A stretch of DNA of 64,000 bases from Octopus sinensis (taxonomy: Eukaryota): the NCBI RefSeq assembly GCF_006345805.1, contig NC_043002.1, forward strand, positions 64,914,001 through 64,978,000, read 5' to 3'. Below the pieces are notes generated by a model, which had not been told where the DNA came from, did no database searches, and saw only the letters and a list, made by a program, of their open reading frames with translations. The position numbers were made by a program, and so were the translations under genes. Shown piece after piece: positions 25,140 through 40,005 of this stretch. Positions within the stretch are counted from its first letter, which is position 1. Each line of letters opens with the position of its first letter.

Positions 25140-25945
25140 GATCCGGGCTATATATGTTACATTGTGAGCGGAACCTCGGAAATGGTAAATAGTCAAGCAA
25201 AGTGTATATCCCAGGCTACTCTTCAGGCCAAGGATATTTTGATTAAATGAAAGTTTACATTGTCGCAAAGAGGTACGTGTTTACACATGGGAGATTCAGT
25301 CAGAATGTGTAAGATCCCAGTAGGAATGGAAAAAATAAATGTAGAAAAAGGGATTAAAAGAAGGAAGAAAGAAAAAAACATGAGAGACGAATGATGAATT
25401 TAGGCAAGGTCAATTGACCGGGTGTATTCAATAGGGCTGTTTTGGCCAAATCACAGGAGGGGAGTGGTATTTTGAAAAAAAGAATATGTAGAGGGAAGAG
25501 GTTGGGGAGATATTTATGGTCAAAGCAGAGAAAAATATATGCATGAAGAAAGCGAGGCAGAATGGGGAAGAATGGTAGCGTCTACCAGAGGCATGCAATT
25601 GAGGAATGTATATTTTGTGCGGTGAACGTGTTTACAGTATGAAGTAGTAGAGGTGTATGTTGGCGTATGTACTTGTAAGTTTACGGAGGAATGCCAGATG
25701 GGCGAGTTAGGAGAAATAAGAAAATATTTTGCTTAAATTCTTCATACCTCTCACTCCCTTATGTTTTGCTTCTTTCTTACTTCTTTTAATTCCTCTTTCT
25801 CTCTACATTTACATTCTCCGTTCCTACGTAGCTCTTACACCTTCTGATTGAATTTGAATCTTCCACGTGTTGACATGTACTTCCTCCCGTCAATGTAAAC
25901 TTTCATTTAATCAAGATGTCCTTGGTCTGAAGAGTAGTCTGTAAT
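25140..25945. mobile_element. Diverged inverted-repeat element (pLTR-like; family of 46300-46810) with decayed hammerhead cores
   Basis: ggctactcttcaggccaaggatattttgattaaatgaaagtttacattg (~25214) is inverted at caatgtaaactttcatttaatcaagatgtccttggtctgaagagtagtc (~25891-25939). Confidence 0.7.
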
Positions 25946-26938
25946 ATTTACCTCACTTGGATACTTAGCACTGCAACCATGCTGCAGCACTGCCTTTAGT
26001 CGAAGAGACCGTCCCCAGTATTTTGTAAGCCACATAACATGTAGCAACAGATACCAGACTGGGATTCCTCTAACATATCTGCTCCATCCCGTGTCAACCT
26101 AAGGGAAACGTAAACACCCTTCAGAACCACAACCTAATGAACATGGCTAAATTCATACAGCGCTATACTGTAAGATCATAAAGGGTTACAAGCAATCACA
26201 CTATTGAAAAATCGTAAATGTTTAAACAACTGTAAAGGAAATATTTGGTACATACATAAATGAAAAACCATTTGGTGCGTCATGAAAATTTATCAGCACT
26301 GCCAATGTGAAAATATTAGAATATAGCGAACGCATTTCATTTCATACCCTACGTATGATGAACCATACAAAACCTGGTTTAACGGGGACATGAAGTGAAC
26401 GATGGCCCCTACTCTTAGACAAAGATGTTGCCAGATATCTCACACGTGAAGTAATACATTAGTAGAACGCATCAACGAAGCGAAGAGATAACACATTTTT
26501 GAGTGAGATTATTGCAATTTGCATTGATTACTATTCATAAAGGGTGTGAAATTTAATGATTATACTAAATAGTCTAATTGTAGGCAAGTAAATCTACAAA
26601 CTAATTAATAGGTTGCAAGGAAATTGGAACGCTAGTCTTTATGGCTAGTGATTTTGATATCGATGTCCTGGTATAAGACATTACAAGGAATTCACAAGAG
26701 AGCAAAACGGAGTGGGAGAGAGGAAGAAAGATGGCGAGAAAGTAAAAAGAAAAGTGTGGAAGAGAGAAAGAGAGAAGAGGAGGAATGTGATTAACCGATA
26801 AATTGTTTAGAGACAAACAGGAGGAAGCGTAGGAGGAGATACAGACACAATTTGCCATTTTATAGGACGGCGGAGGTTTGAAGACAAAGTGAGGAAATCA
26901 TAATATGAGCTTCGAGGCAGCATAAGGAAACAAAAGAG

Positions 26939-26982
<44 letters not shown>

Positions 26983-27028
26983 TGTGTGTCTGTGTGTATA
27001 CTTATATATGTATATATTTATGTATATA

Positions 27029-27070
<42 letters not shown>

Positions 27071-27150
27071 TATTTGTATATGATATGTATGTGCGTAGAT
27101 ATACATAGTTAAGTCAAGCACATACAAACACATACACATATATATACATG

Positions 27151-27214
<64 letters not shown>

Positions 27215-28632
27215 TCATATATATATATACATACATACCATATAAATTTATATACATACATTAATATTGACATACACTCACAAACACACACACATATAGT
27301 TCGGTAGACCGTAAATGGCTACAGGGAAAGGAAAGTTCGGCATATGATGGCGTCGTAATTATTGAAAAGCTTTAACGATGGCCTAGCTATGGTCATAACA
27401 CTGATAAGAAGATTTGCTGATAGCAAAATTACAAACCATCCAAGCTGTTCTCTTGAGTTATTTGTCAATAAAATCAATTGAATGGTGATTGAAGCTATGT
27501 TAGGATTCAATATATATGTGTCAGTTTGTTATGTGTATGAGTGTTTGTCTTTCTTTGTGTATACATATATATATATATATGTATGTATATGTGTGTATAT
27601 ATGTACATATATACAGAATCACACACATATATATATGTGTGTATATACATATCTGTGTATGTGATATTTAGCCATTAATGTATGTTTGTATGGATATATA
27701 TTTGTGCTTATATATGTATGCATTAGAGGTGATACAAATTAAATTATCATGATACACAGCAAACGCTTTTACACAATAAACTTTTGATGGCTTAGAACTG
27801 AATATATATGTGTCAACGCCAGATGTATGAGAGAAGACAGGGCGGGGGGGGGCGTCGAAAGAGGACGAGTGAGAAATACAAAATTAGAATCACGTCTGTT
27901 CACATACACACAGAAGCACATACACATACACGCATGTATTGGTAAAGAGATAATTAGATAACTACATATACAAATTGGTAAATAGATATATAGATGTATG
28001 GAAAGTTAGCCATGTAGGTACATAGTCTGAAATACCCTGGCAGCTATATAAAATATGGGATGGAACAAAAGAAAAGCAGATGCTCGCAAACATTAAAAGT
28101 TACGAAAACACGTCTCCCTACATTACCACCCATACACCAACACACGTTTGAAGAAATTCTTGCATCGTTTATCTGTGTTTCATGGTAGCGGTGACGCTAA
28201 AGACTGAATTAGCGCAGGGATATGACACTATATATAAGCCAAAATATTTCCGAAGAAAGGAACTGCATTTCGTCAACAATATGCAAAATATGATTGTTTG
28301 TGGAAGAGGCCATTAGAAAACACGTTTTATGTTAATAATTCAATTACTATGCTCAAAATGTGTGTAATTTATATCTATTCACATACAAAATAAAATGGTA
28401 TTTTTTGTGCACATTATCTTATGTATTCATTAAAAAAATATAATACATACAAGCATTGATAACAAGTTTCTTTTTTTCAATTAATACCTAAATATATGAA
28501 TTCAGCTAATGCAAAATCTGTCATATAGATATATAAGATAGAGAGATAGATAGACAGACAGGTAGACAGACATACCGATAAATAGATAGATAGATAGATA
28601 GATAAATAAGCAGAAAAACAGATACACACAAC

Positions 28633-28696
<64 letters not shown>

Positions 28697-29584
28697 TATA
28701 TATACATACATACATACATACATATAAAGATTTAATTTCCATAAAGAAACGATAGAGCACCACTTCAATCGTTTTGTCCTGCGCTTTTAATGTGTTCATT
28801 GCTGATGAATCTATATTTGTCATTGCTAAGGCCGACTGTATATAGATTATGCGCCTCAATATACAATATGTGTATACATATAGGCCATAGAACCTCCCAA
28901 ATCTAGTCCTCGATAACTCAGCTTAATTATATTACCTTTGAAGAAAACCAATACCAATGTAATGATCCCCACAACCTATAAATCTACAAACACTTTCCAC
29001 TTTACATTAACAAGAATGAAGGGCAACTGAGAAAAGCGAGACCAAGCTATAATAAATTCTCTATGAAGCATAACAAATGCGTATTCCTATCATCAGCTGT
29101 CCAATGGATATTATTATGACTTCCTCACCTGGTCAATACCATAAAATACTGTGGTGTTAACAGTGTTAAAAATGTAAACGCGACCTGGGGATCCAAGAGA
29201 TTATTACTGCAAGTAACAACATCAAAGTAAACAAATCGTATTAACTCAGATTTACAAAACAGTTCTTGTAAAACAAAGGACTTATTCCAAAAGGGACATC
29301 AACACAATTCAACGGATCAAGACTATTAGACACTTTGTTTCTCATTCTACAGCACATCTCAAAAATGATATCACACCGAGTGTATTTCATATCCAACAAC
29401 ATCCTCGAAATGAGTCAAAGGAAAGGACAAATTTCGATCAACATCTAAGAAACAGATTCAATATTATAAAATATTAACAAAATGAATTAATTATGAGGAG
29501 TAAAACGATAAAATATAAAAAAAAGATAGAAAGATGATTAGAAATGAATTAAATTTTATATATATACATACATATATAAATATG

Positions 29585-29675
<91 letters not shown>

Positions 29676-30167
29676 TATATACATGGATACATACACACAT
29701 TTTAGTACCAGTTTCCACCTTTTAGACTTTTTTCCCTAGTTTGGTAGATATTTCCAGTCTTCAGATGCTCTCTGTCTCTGTCTCTCTCTCTCTCTCTCTC
29801 TCTATTCCTTTGTGAATGCCTTGTAGGTGGTTAGTAGTATATCTTCGTCTTGTCTCCTTCTTCTTCTGATGATGATGATGATGATGATGATTTGATGATG
29901 ATGATGATGATGTAGGAGGAAGGGAAGTAGGAGTAGGGAAAGAAGAGGGAGAAGGAAAAAGAAAAGAAAAGAAAAATACAGGTGTTATAACACAGCAGAT
30001 TGTTCGTGGAATCTTCTTTAATGGTCAAATCCCTAATTGATATAGGCTAATTGATATAGGCTTTCATCCACAGATTTAGACACCCAAGACTAAAGACGGA
30101 TTTACAGCCAAAAGCGCTATCATACTTATCCACGCACAATGAGGCCGTCGTCACCATCCCATAGCAC

Positions 30168-30821
30168 ATGCCTTTACTAAAAAGGTACCAGAGAATGGAT
30201 CCAACCCTCCGAACGCACACCATCATAAAGTGCAAAAGAGAACCAAAGTCAATGAAAATTTTTTTAACCTTCAACCTAATTGAAGGATCGGAATTCTCCT
30301 TCAAACAGGATCAACGTTTTACAGTGAAAAACAACTTCGCACGCGCTTCCGAAAACTTAGATCGTTAACCACTACACACATTTTTCTCTCCTTGTTTTTT
30401 TCTCTCCTTGCTTCTCTCCTTTTTTTTCTGTGTCCCTTTCTGTAGAAGAGCGTATGCTCGAAACGTAAAAGATTTTTCTATTCCTGAGCATTATACTGAT
30501 ACATCTGGTTTTTTTGTACACCACCTGTCTTCGTCCTTTGTTTTATTCGTAAACTCCCCCTATGCATTAAATTGCTCAGGGGGTCGACAACAATATATTG
30601 GTCGAACTAAAAACAGTCTACACCAGAGGAAGACGGTACATAGACCCCAGGTTAAAATACGAGAATACAGAAAAATAGGTTTAAGCGAGCACATCGATAT
30701 TTGTGTCACTAACGAACGCAACTTTAGAGTTTTTCCCCTCTATAAATTCAGTGACAATGCAACCTATAAACAGAGCATTAGCAAGGAAGCATATTTTATC
30801 GCAAAATATAACTTGTTTTGA
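30168..30821 (+). pseudogene. GIY-YIG endonuclease remnant of a Penelope-like element, interrupted by a ~200-bp insertion
   Basis: KCKREPKSMKIFLT...FTVKNNFARASENL / YALNCSGGRQQYIGRTKNSLHQRKTVHR...LSEH...KEAYFIAKY matches the PLE GIY-YIG pattern (YIG-T, R, H, E). Confidence 0.85.
30436..30471 (+). ncRNA. Minimal hammerhead variant (CUGUAGA core) within the 30362-30562 insertion
   Basis: cttt-CTGTAGA-agagc gtat gctc-GAAA-cg-TA-aaag. Confidence 0.6.
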
Positions 30822-31443
30822 ATGCCACCACCACCACCACCACAGATGAAACTACTACAAGAATTTAGAACAATTCCAACCACCACTGCTACGACTACAA
30901 CAGGTGACATTTAAGTCCTTTGACCATTAAAGAAGATTCCAATGACACCTAACTCTTTCTCCCTCTTCCTCTTCTTTCCACACTCCTACTTCTCTTCCTC
31001 CTTCATCTCCTCCTTACCCTTCTTTTTCGTCTTTTTCTTCTCCTTCTTCTTCATCTCCTCCCTCGGCTGCTCCTGCTTAAACTATCAATTCTCTGTACCC
31101 AAACTATTCCTTCAAATTTACTACTACACACCTGCGAGGCATTCACATAGGAATACAAACAGAGACAGACTATTTGAAGACTATGGTAATATTTACCAAT
31201 TTAAAGACTATGGAAATATGTACAAAACATTTCACTTGATTTTTATCTCTAGTTAAATTGTTTTTTCTTATATTACTCTTAGTTGAAAAAGTCTAAAAGA
31301 CGGAAACCTGTATTAAAATGTACTTCATGATAAAATTATTTTAGCATTTTCTACTTGTCTTATTTTCCTTATACATATCAACTCGTGTTACTTTTCTACC
31401 TTCTAATTTATATTATACAGACACAGATATATTATATATATAT

Positions 31444-31487
<44 letters not shown>

Positions 31488-32498
31488 TGTTGAGGGTGTT
31501 ACTTCGAGCGTGTTGCATAACCATGTCAGTTCGACGTGTTTTGGTTTAGCAGTTGGTGGTTCAAAAGCGAATACTGAGTATCCTACCTACATTCCAGGGG
31601 TACAGAATGCATTTCGTGTTAACATATTTATTTCTTTAATGGCATTTTATACCAGATATGTATACCCATGTCATAACAGTTACTAGACCAAACCTAATAT
31701 TTTGTTTCGGTACAAATTATTAAGAATGTTGAACTTATATGACTATAAATACAAACACCTATTACAAGGCTACAATTACCACCCGTCGGAAACTCTTTCA
31801 TTTCTCTTAGAACCTTCCCAGTAAATGTAATGTATGTGTTATCGATAATAGATCTCGCTTAGTCTGCTGATAGATATTTATATAGGTCATTCTCACCTTC
31901 CCTCCTCTTTCACTTTTCTCGGCCCTTCCTAATAATCCTATCCCTCTGCCTCTATATCTCTCTCTTCTCTCTCCAGGTGACCGGTGTTCGGCCAAGCCTG
32001 ACCTTTCTTTCTTGGTACGACTACCATCCGTACAACAGCTATATTCCTCCCTAAGCCTGTCATCATTTATGTCCCTGCCGTAAGGCTTCATTTCCACATA
32101 CGCCAGCTTAATTTAATGTTCTTTATTTGCTTTTGTATTTGTGTAATATTTCTCCGCTTTACCGTCCGTGTTTTCGTAAACATTCGCTGCTTTCTTCCAA
32201 GGAATCTAGTGCTCTCAGCTTAGTTTTTCCTTGGGGCTGGCAAGATTGCAGCAATCTCGAGTATAACCAGCCGAAATTGCAAAGATTTTCTGGAACTCAA
32301 GTGAAGAAAAAGAACTTCGAATGACCCGTCCTTGTTTTCTTTGTATCGGCTGTCTGGCTGTTTTGCGTTCTTGTCCCATTTTTGGTATTCCTTTTGAGAT
32401 CTAGTTATATGTTTTATAAAAATATATGTTATTTGGTATTTATGTTTTGGCTTATGTCTATCACTGTTTGAGTTGCATAATTGTGGTTTTATCTCTAA

Positions 32499-33009
32499 TC
32501 TATATATATAAAACAGTAGTTGTGTGAGTGTCTCTCCCCTTCGATTTAGATTCCTAACTACTCCCACATTTTACCGTGCAGTTTAACCCAATTCGGGTAT
32601 CTTATAGTCGTGATTCATATCGAGCCCGTCTGGGTATTAGCGCGCGTCTACGATGAGTCTACGATTTTAAAAATAATTTAACATCATTTTTTATTCCATT
32701 TTAATGCATAATTTTTCGTGTGTCGATGGCGGCGGAGTTGGCGTCCATGGTCACACCCGCACCTCTTTGCTTCTCCCCTTCTTCCCTCCCTCGTGAAGCT
32801 GTGGGGAAGGGAGTGCAAGGAAATCAACGTCGTAAAGCGTTGTCAAGGAGACCAGCGTTCTTTTAGAACAACGACTTCATGGCTTGAAGACACCAAAACA
32901 GAAATGGCTAAGAAAGCCCGAATTGGCATCTATAAGGGAAGTAACTCTCTAAAAATGCTTATATAGTTATTTCCCTTACAAACCCGAGCAACGCCGGGCG
33001 ATACTGCTA

Positions 33010-33010
<1 letters not shown>
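32499..33010 (+). mobile_element. Non-autonomous Helitron
   Basis: 5' A|TCTATATATATAAAA; 3' GC hairpin cccgagcaacgccggg about 10 nt before CTAG|T; no TSD. Confidence 0.85.
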
Positions 33011-33049
<39 letters not shown>

Positions 33050-33091
33050 TATGATGCCTGTGTGTATGTGTGTGTGCGTGTGTGTGTGTGT

Positions 33092-33137
<46 letters not shown>

Positions 33138-33370
33138 GAGAAATTTCGACACTTAAAATATGTTCGTGCCCCATCTCAACTTCTAAAGGCAAATTCACTG
33201 AAGTTATCGCAGGGCTAAAATTCTCTCGTAAGGTGTAAAAGCACTACATTTGTCTAGTACTGTCCACTGTCAGATTTCCTGATGAATTTCTAGCAATTTC
33301 GTCGCTATCAATGGGAAATATCGAAGAGAGGGAACTCTAGACAGACTTAATAAAGCACACTCAACAACAT

Positions 33371-33576
33371 TGTCCTGACGGTCTAATGGTGCTCTGAGCT
33401 AATGTTATTTACCGTGTTGAGTTAAAGTTGCAGCTTCAATAAGGTTGTCAAGTATTGCCTCTCTTCAAGGCAATGTCCTGACGGTCTAATGGTGCTCTGA
33501 GCTAATGTTATTTACCGTGTTGAGTTAAAGTTGCAGCTTCAATAAGGTTGTCAAGTATTGCCTCTCTTCAAGGCAA
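33371..33576. repeat. Exact 103-bp tandem duplication
   Basis: tgtcctgacggtctaatgg...ctcttcaaggcaa at 33371 and 33474. Confidence 0.95.
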
Positions 33577-34691
33577 AAGAATAAGAAACGCACCTGAGAA
33601 TCAGACAGGTTGTAGCACTGGACAGATATGGTGTTTTGTCACTATTTTATCATAAGAGAGGCTTTTTCCCCTCGGTAACAGCAGTTAATTTACTTTTAGA
33701 AGTTGAAATATGCCAGAAACATATTTTATCTAACAGATATGCCTAAACACTACTTGGCAGTAATACTGATGTAATGTATATATGCGTGTGTGTGTGTGCG
33801 TGTACATACATTAATATCAAACAGTGAGAAGAATGTGTGCTCAACAACGCATTTATTTATTTTTTTTTATTTCTATCTAGTTTCAGCTCACAAGCTGTGC
33901 CCATGCTGGGGCACCGCCATTTAGATGGATAGATATGTTTTACTTATGAGATATCCAGAATACCACTGGTTTCATGGTTCGTTTGTTGAAACGAAATACA
34001 TGAGAAAAGGGGAAGAGAGATGTAGAGGGAATGTAATTGTACTGTTTTCAGTTTCTTTATTAGCCACAAGGGCCCAAAATAGAGGGGAACAAACAAGAAC
34101 AGACAGGACACCACAGAGGGGACAATACACAAAACGATTATTCATGAAATGATTATATAACAATGAGGTTACGAATGGCTGCATGCATCCCTCATCACAT
34201 GCAGTACCATTAATCTTTTTTACAGTCCATTTTTATCATGTATTCACATAACAATTAATTATCGTGTTACATACCATTGCAAGTATTTGAACCGTTATAT
34301 ACATTCTCTACAATTGTTCTTCTATTTTCCAATATTTTTTAAACATAACATAAAACACTTTACTCTTTCTTTTTTTCCTTTTTCCTCCTCTTTCTTTTTT
34401 TCGCTTTTCTTTTTTCTTTCCCTTTTTCCTATCAATTTAACATACTTATTTTCTTTATAGTAGTACTTCATCAATGGTTCAATTTCTATTAAATCCACCA
34501 CCGGTGGCAATTCTTTGAATTCCACCCTTACTCCTGGTGCGTCAGTACTATCTCCACACATTTCTTCCACTTCCTTGTAATTTTCCTTTTCGATCACTAT
34601 CGCCTTCATATCCTCATCAGGTCTTTGGGTTAAAGGTTTTTAGAAATAACACATAAGGTTTATCATTGATTCCGTAAAATACTCACAATAG

Positions 34692-34776
<85 letters not shown>

Positions 34777-34804
34777 GTGTATGTGTGTGTGTGTGTGTGT
34801 ATGT

Positions 34805-35085
34805 GTGAGGTGCAATGGGCCAGTGGTTAGGGCAGTGGACTCGCGATCGCAGGATCGCGGTTTCGATTCCCAGACCGGGCGTTGTGAGTGTTTATTGAGC
34901 GAAAACATCTAAAGCTCCCGGCAGGGGTTGGTGGCGATCCCTGCTGTACTCTTTCGCCACAACTTTCTCTCACTCTTTCTTCTGTTGGCCTGCTCCCTTA
35001 GCCAGCGGGGTGGCGTCATTTGAAGGCTAGAACAATGCAAAGCGCATTGTGACCAGCGATGTGTAGCAACATCTGATAGCCTGGT
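34805..35085 (+). mobile_element. tRNA-derived SINE (OR-like head)
   Basis: gaggtgcaatgggccagtggttagggcagtggactcg...ggtttcgattccc A/B boxes. Confidence 0.85.
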
Positions 35086-36805
35086 GTTGTATCCAAGTAT
35101 GATTGTACTTACTAGAGAGAAGTATCGAGAGAGAGCGAGACATTCATATTCGTTGGATGTTACTGACAGCATATATGAATGTCTTTTGCTCTGTAGCCGT
35201 GTGTCTGCAAATACGTCCACACACACATAAACACACAGACGAATACAGAAATACGCTTATATATAGATATGTGTGTGTATGTGGCAGTGCGTGTATTCAC
35301 ACGTTAAATATCTGAAGCACGCTGTTTGGTATGCATGACCTCTGTGCATGCTTAAATTTAGCTACAGTATCTCAAATTCGAAACTATATTACCCATTCCA
35401 ATTTATGCATGTCAGATGTAATGAGGTTTCGTTTTCCATCATAAATTAATGGTAAGTGTATATGCATGTGTATTCGATGACGCTATGTAAATATGTTTGT
35501 GTATAGTTGTGCATATTCATCCAATTATATTTATGCGCTCCTACAGATCACCTGCATTTTAGTTTGTCCGCTGACAGCAAGTTTTGGAACTGGGGTTGAC
35601 GGGGATGACTTGAGGCAACTATGAAACATAATACAACGACCTCACATTCGGGACATTAGTTTAAAGACTTATTGTCTCCAGTATTGTATGTTCAGTGAGA
35701 AGACGAACTTCGTCGGTTTATGAAACCATTTAGGAAACTCTGAACTTTCATCAGAAATATTTGTAACTTGAGAAGTCCAAAATTAAACTACGATCATGGA
35801 ATCAACATGATAACGACAATTTGAAATTCCTTGCATTGGATCTGTAAATCGTAACTGGTAATTAATTATTTTTGTAATTTTCCAAGACATACTTCAGATT
35901 GTGTGGTAGCAAACAGGGTGTAATCTGAATATCGATGATCAGAATAGCAACGCTAAATAAAGATAGAAATTAGAAACTTTTCCATTTCGAGAACAATAAA
36001 TTTTCTTACAGTTAGGCTAATGGAATTGCGGATTTTTCTGTTTTTCGCAGTTTTGTAAAACTTAAATTAACAATAAATAAATGAATAAGGTGTTTACTGA
36101 CAGATATTACGATTACATTACTAGAAGCTTAAGTAAGATAAGACAGTTCGATAATTTAATGCATCCTACTCCAGAATTACAAGGCTATTCTTGAGGTATT
36201 GGTCATTAAACACTAACGTTATTCAATGTATTCCTGAATAAGATACAGAGCCATCTGAGGGAAATATAGCTGCCATTTCAAGGTAACTTCGTTGAACGTA
36301 TCGATGTTTCTTCTATTGCTAATAAAATGTTAATTGCGCTCTAACAAATTGATGGTTGAATTAGAACCAGTATAATTATTCACAATGTAGATGAACGCAT
36401 TAGATTCAATCAAACCATCTGTGGGAGAAATTAAAGTGTTCTGTAGCGTAGCGTGGATCTGCACCCCATTTGAAAAAATCACATCTTCTCATCACCTATA
36501 CAAAGTAACTTTTATAAAAATACAAGCTTCATAAAAGTCGTATGATATAACCCAGCATAACTATGGCATATAAAGCAGTATTGAATGAATTTTGTTTTTT
36601 ATTTAGATACTTTACCGAAAGACCTCATATTCGTGGATGTGCGCATCTCATATTCGTGATCCAGCAACCAATATGTTTCAGCTTTGTATTGTTCCAAGCG
36701 GCATATTATAAATTTTTTCATGAAATACTCCTGTATTGTACTGGGAAAATGAGGGACCATGTCTTTTGCATTATTAGAATATATTTATTCATAAATTTTA
36801 TCCTG

Positions 36806-37230
36806 TAGGCGCAGGAGTGGCTTTGTGGTAAGTAGCTTGCTTGCCAAACACATGGATCCGGGTTCAGTCCCTCTGCGTGGCACCTTGGGCAAGTGTCGTC
36901 TGCTACAGCCTCGGGCCGGCCAAAGCCTTGTGATTGGATTTGGTAGACGGAAAGTTAAAGAAGCCTATCATATATGTGTGTGTGTGTATGTGTGCGTAAG
37001 TGTATGCATATATGTGCTTATGTATGTGTATATGTTTGTGTGTCTGTGTTTGACACCCCACAACTTTGCTTGACAACCGATGCTGGTATGTTTATGTCCC
37101 AGTAACTTAGCGATTCTGCAAAAGAGACCGATAGAATATGTACTAGGCTTACAGCGAATAAGTCCTGAGGTCGATTTGTTCAGCTAAAGGCGGTGCTCCA
37201 GCATGGCCGCAGTCAAATGAATGAAACAAA
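36806..37230 (+). mobile_element. tRNA-derived SINE with internal (TG/TA) microsatellite, full length
   Basis: ggcgcaggagtggctttgtggtaag (A box)...gggttcagtccc (B box)...ggcggtgctccagcatggccgcagtcaaatga; several other copies in the window. Confidence 0.9.
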
Positions 37231-39967
37231 TTTCACTTTAACATTCTGTTATATTTCAAGAAGATATAATCCAATTTCTTTTTATTTGTAATTTGTTTAC
37301 AAATAACGTGTGCGTACCCCATATAATGGTGTTAGCGGTTTAATATATTTTTGTAGGTAATTGTGAAATTGAAATAAATCAAAGAAGAACTGGACAACTG
37401 CTCAGGAAATATAGCTACCCCTTCATATAGAGTTTGGTATTAGTGAAAACTATTTTCTCTTCGCAAGGGTTTGCACTTAATTTCTACTTTTATAAAGATT
37501 ACTTTTGTTAATTTGCCCTTATTGGTCCAGCCTAATCCCAAGACTCGTAAGTAAATGCTGTCGGGCTGCAATGGGAGTTTCGGTTTTGGTTTAAATTGTA
37601 TTGTCGGTGTGTTTTCTCTGTTTACTAATTGGAGCACATTTTCTTTGTCAGGCTTCAGTCCTGGTAGTAAAGACGGGGTAATTTGATTTATTTCTGACTT
37701 ACATGTAGCATCTATTGACGCCTGAAGACAGGCAACCTCAGTGTTTCGTTACTGTAGCTTTTATTATTTTCGCTTTAAGTTGAAATAGTTCCCGTTTGTG
37801 TAGCAATTAGATGGTTTGCACTGGAAGCGAGGACAAACACCTTGAAACAGTATTATTTTTGCCCATTCAGAATCATGAATCCATTAAGATACCTCCCGAC
37901 AATTTATCTCAAAGTGTTATAACTCCAATGACCCCCGGCCCATAGAATATCACGAAAATTGCCTTAGCAGGGATTATCAAGCATGTACTTGTCGGTGAGA
38001 CATATGTTTCTCCTTCCCGAATAATGCAAAAACAAAATTATTGGCAGGTGTCGCGAACATAAACAATGTTTTCAGTAGTTGTAAGATGTTAGGAAATGAT
38101 AATAAAAACGATGATGACAATAATGATGATGATGATGATGACGACGATGATTATGATGATGATGATGATCGCCGTCATCATCATCATTATGAAGATAATG
38201 TAGTGGGGAAGGAGCGTAAGGGGGTATTCTTGTTTTACTGTGAGATCGTATTTTCTTTTGCGTTCAGAAATGAAAAAAATCACATGATTAATTCTCACCG
38301 TTGATACACAGGAATGGCTTCATTCCGCCTAATTAACATAAAAGCTATATTGCAGAACTGGTACGCTACATTATACTGGATACGGCTTAAACTCAAACTC
38401 CAGACTAAAGCAGAGAAATATATCCTTTTTTAAAAAAAATTCAAGGCTGATATGCGTAGAGTGAATCTGAAGAAATACTGACATACTTCAACAGAGAAGT
38501 GCAGATAAAACAAGGTTTGTTAAGAAATTATGCTGCAATGACTATATTGCATTGTACAGACAAGCGACAATGTAGTATTAATGAGAAGGACAATAGGAAT
38601 ATAGGAATAAAATTGAAAAAAATCACAATTAAAAACATCCTTATATATTTAAGCAAAAAATTTGGAAGACAAAGTTTAACAGAAATGAAAGCAAGGAATA
38701 AATTTAACGTATAAATGAGTGTATGAAGGTCTAGAAATAGAAGAAGAAGGGAACAAAAGAGAAATAGGTAGAGCGAATAAAATTTACTACAAGAAGTTTT
38801 TTTTTCAAATAAAACGATCTAAATAACAAAGACATGGAACCGATTTGAATGAAATCTGAAGAAAATAAAATAATGAGTTTGGTGTGGCAAATGTTTAGAA
38901 AGTGTGAAAGATAACAAAGAAACAGAAATGAAATAGGTGAAATATTTTTGAGTAGAAATAGACATGGAAATATAAAGAAATGTAAATAAAATATGAGGAA
39001 AGCTATGGAGGAGAACCGAAAATTAATTTTGAAAAAATATGTTTTAAAGCAAATAAATGAATAGTTGAAAGGAATTGAGTTAGAGAGAAAGTTGTAGCGA
39101 TGAAACATGAAAATAAACCATGTAAAAAGAGAACTAAAGAACCATGAGAAATTTGGAAAGATTGAAAAAAAAAGTGTGAGTTGTAAGAGAAATTAAAGAT
39201 GCTAAGAGTGAAGATAAAAAATAATAAAAGACTAGACGAAAAAATGCGTTGCGAGTATTTAAACAGGTTGAATGAAAGAAAAACGAGATTTAGCTAAAAC
39301 TAAAAGCAGCAATCAAAGGAAATTGAGGACACGCATATACACAGCAATATACATACATTCACATAGGCAGACATGCGCACTAGCACAGCTATAAAGATGC
39401 TTACACTTAAAAAAAAAAAACACATAAAGGTTTTGTTAAACTGTGCAATATATAAAATAGTACATAAATACGGAAAATCTGAAAAAACTTCATCAAAAGA
39501 ACATAACTGCAAATTATATAAAAAAAAATATGGAAACCCACAAAATAGATAAATAAGTGAATAAATATATAAAAACAAATCAATAATATAAATATGTACA
39601 ACAACTAGAAGAGTCAATCTATAAATATATATAAATATGAACAATAAAATATTACAATTTTTTTTTCGCTACAATAAAACTAAACATCAAAAAACACGAA
39701 TATCAAAGACACAAAAGAACAACGAAATATTAAAGACAAAAACTGAGTAAGGAATACAACAATACAACAGCAAAAGCTTAAGAAATAAAATGTAACCACA
39801 TAAAGCACAGTAAAAACCATAGCAAACTTGGTGTAAAAAATGTATTAAACTCAAAACAACGAAGATATTTAAAGGAAACATAAAACACAACACAATAACT
39901 GCAAATAGAACAACGAGGGCGAAACATAAAAAAAAACACAGAAACAAAGAAAGATGGAAAGAGAGAG

Positions 39968-40005
<38 letters not shown>

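Larger units (their letters stand above)
29700..31410 (+). mobile_element. Truncated Penelope-like retroelement with an inverted terminal segment
   Basis: 29700-30030 is an inverted diverged copy of 30915-31320 (e.g. ggaatcttctttaatggtcaaa / tttgaccattaaagaagattcc). The pair flanks GIY-YIG coding remnants. Confidence 0.8.

Noticed and set aside
34322-34609. 95-aa minus-strand ORF with protein-like N-terminus
   Set aside because: Runs into low-complexity K/E sequence, no recognisable domain or splice context; possibly a TE remnant but unsupported.
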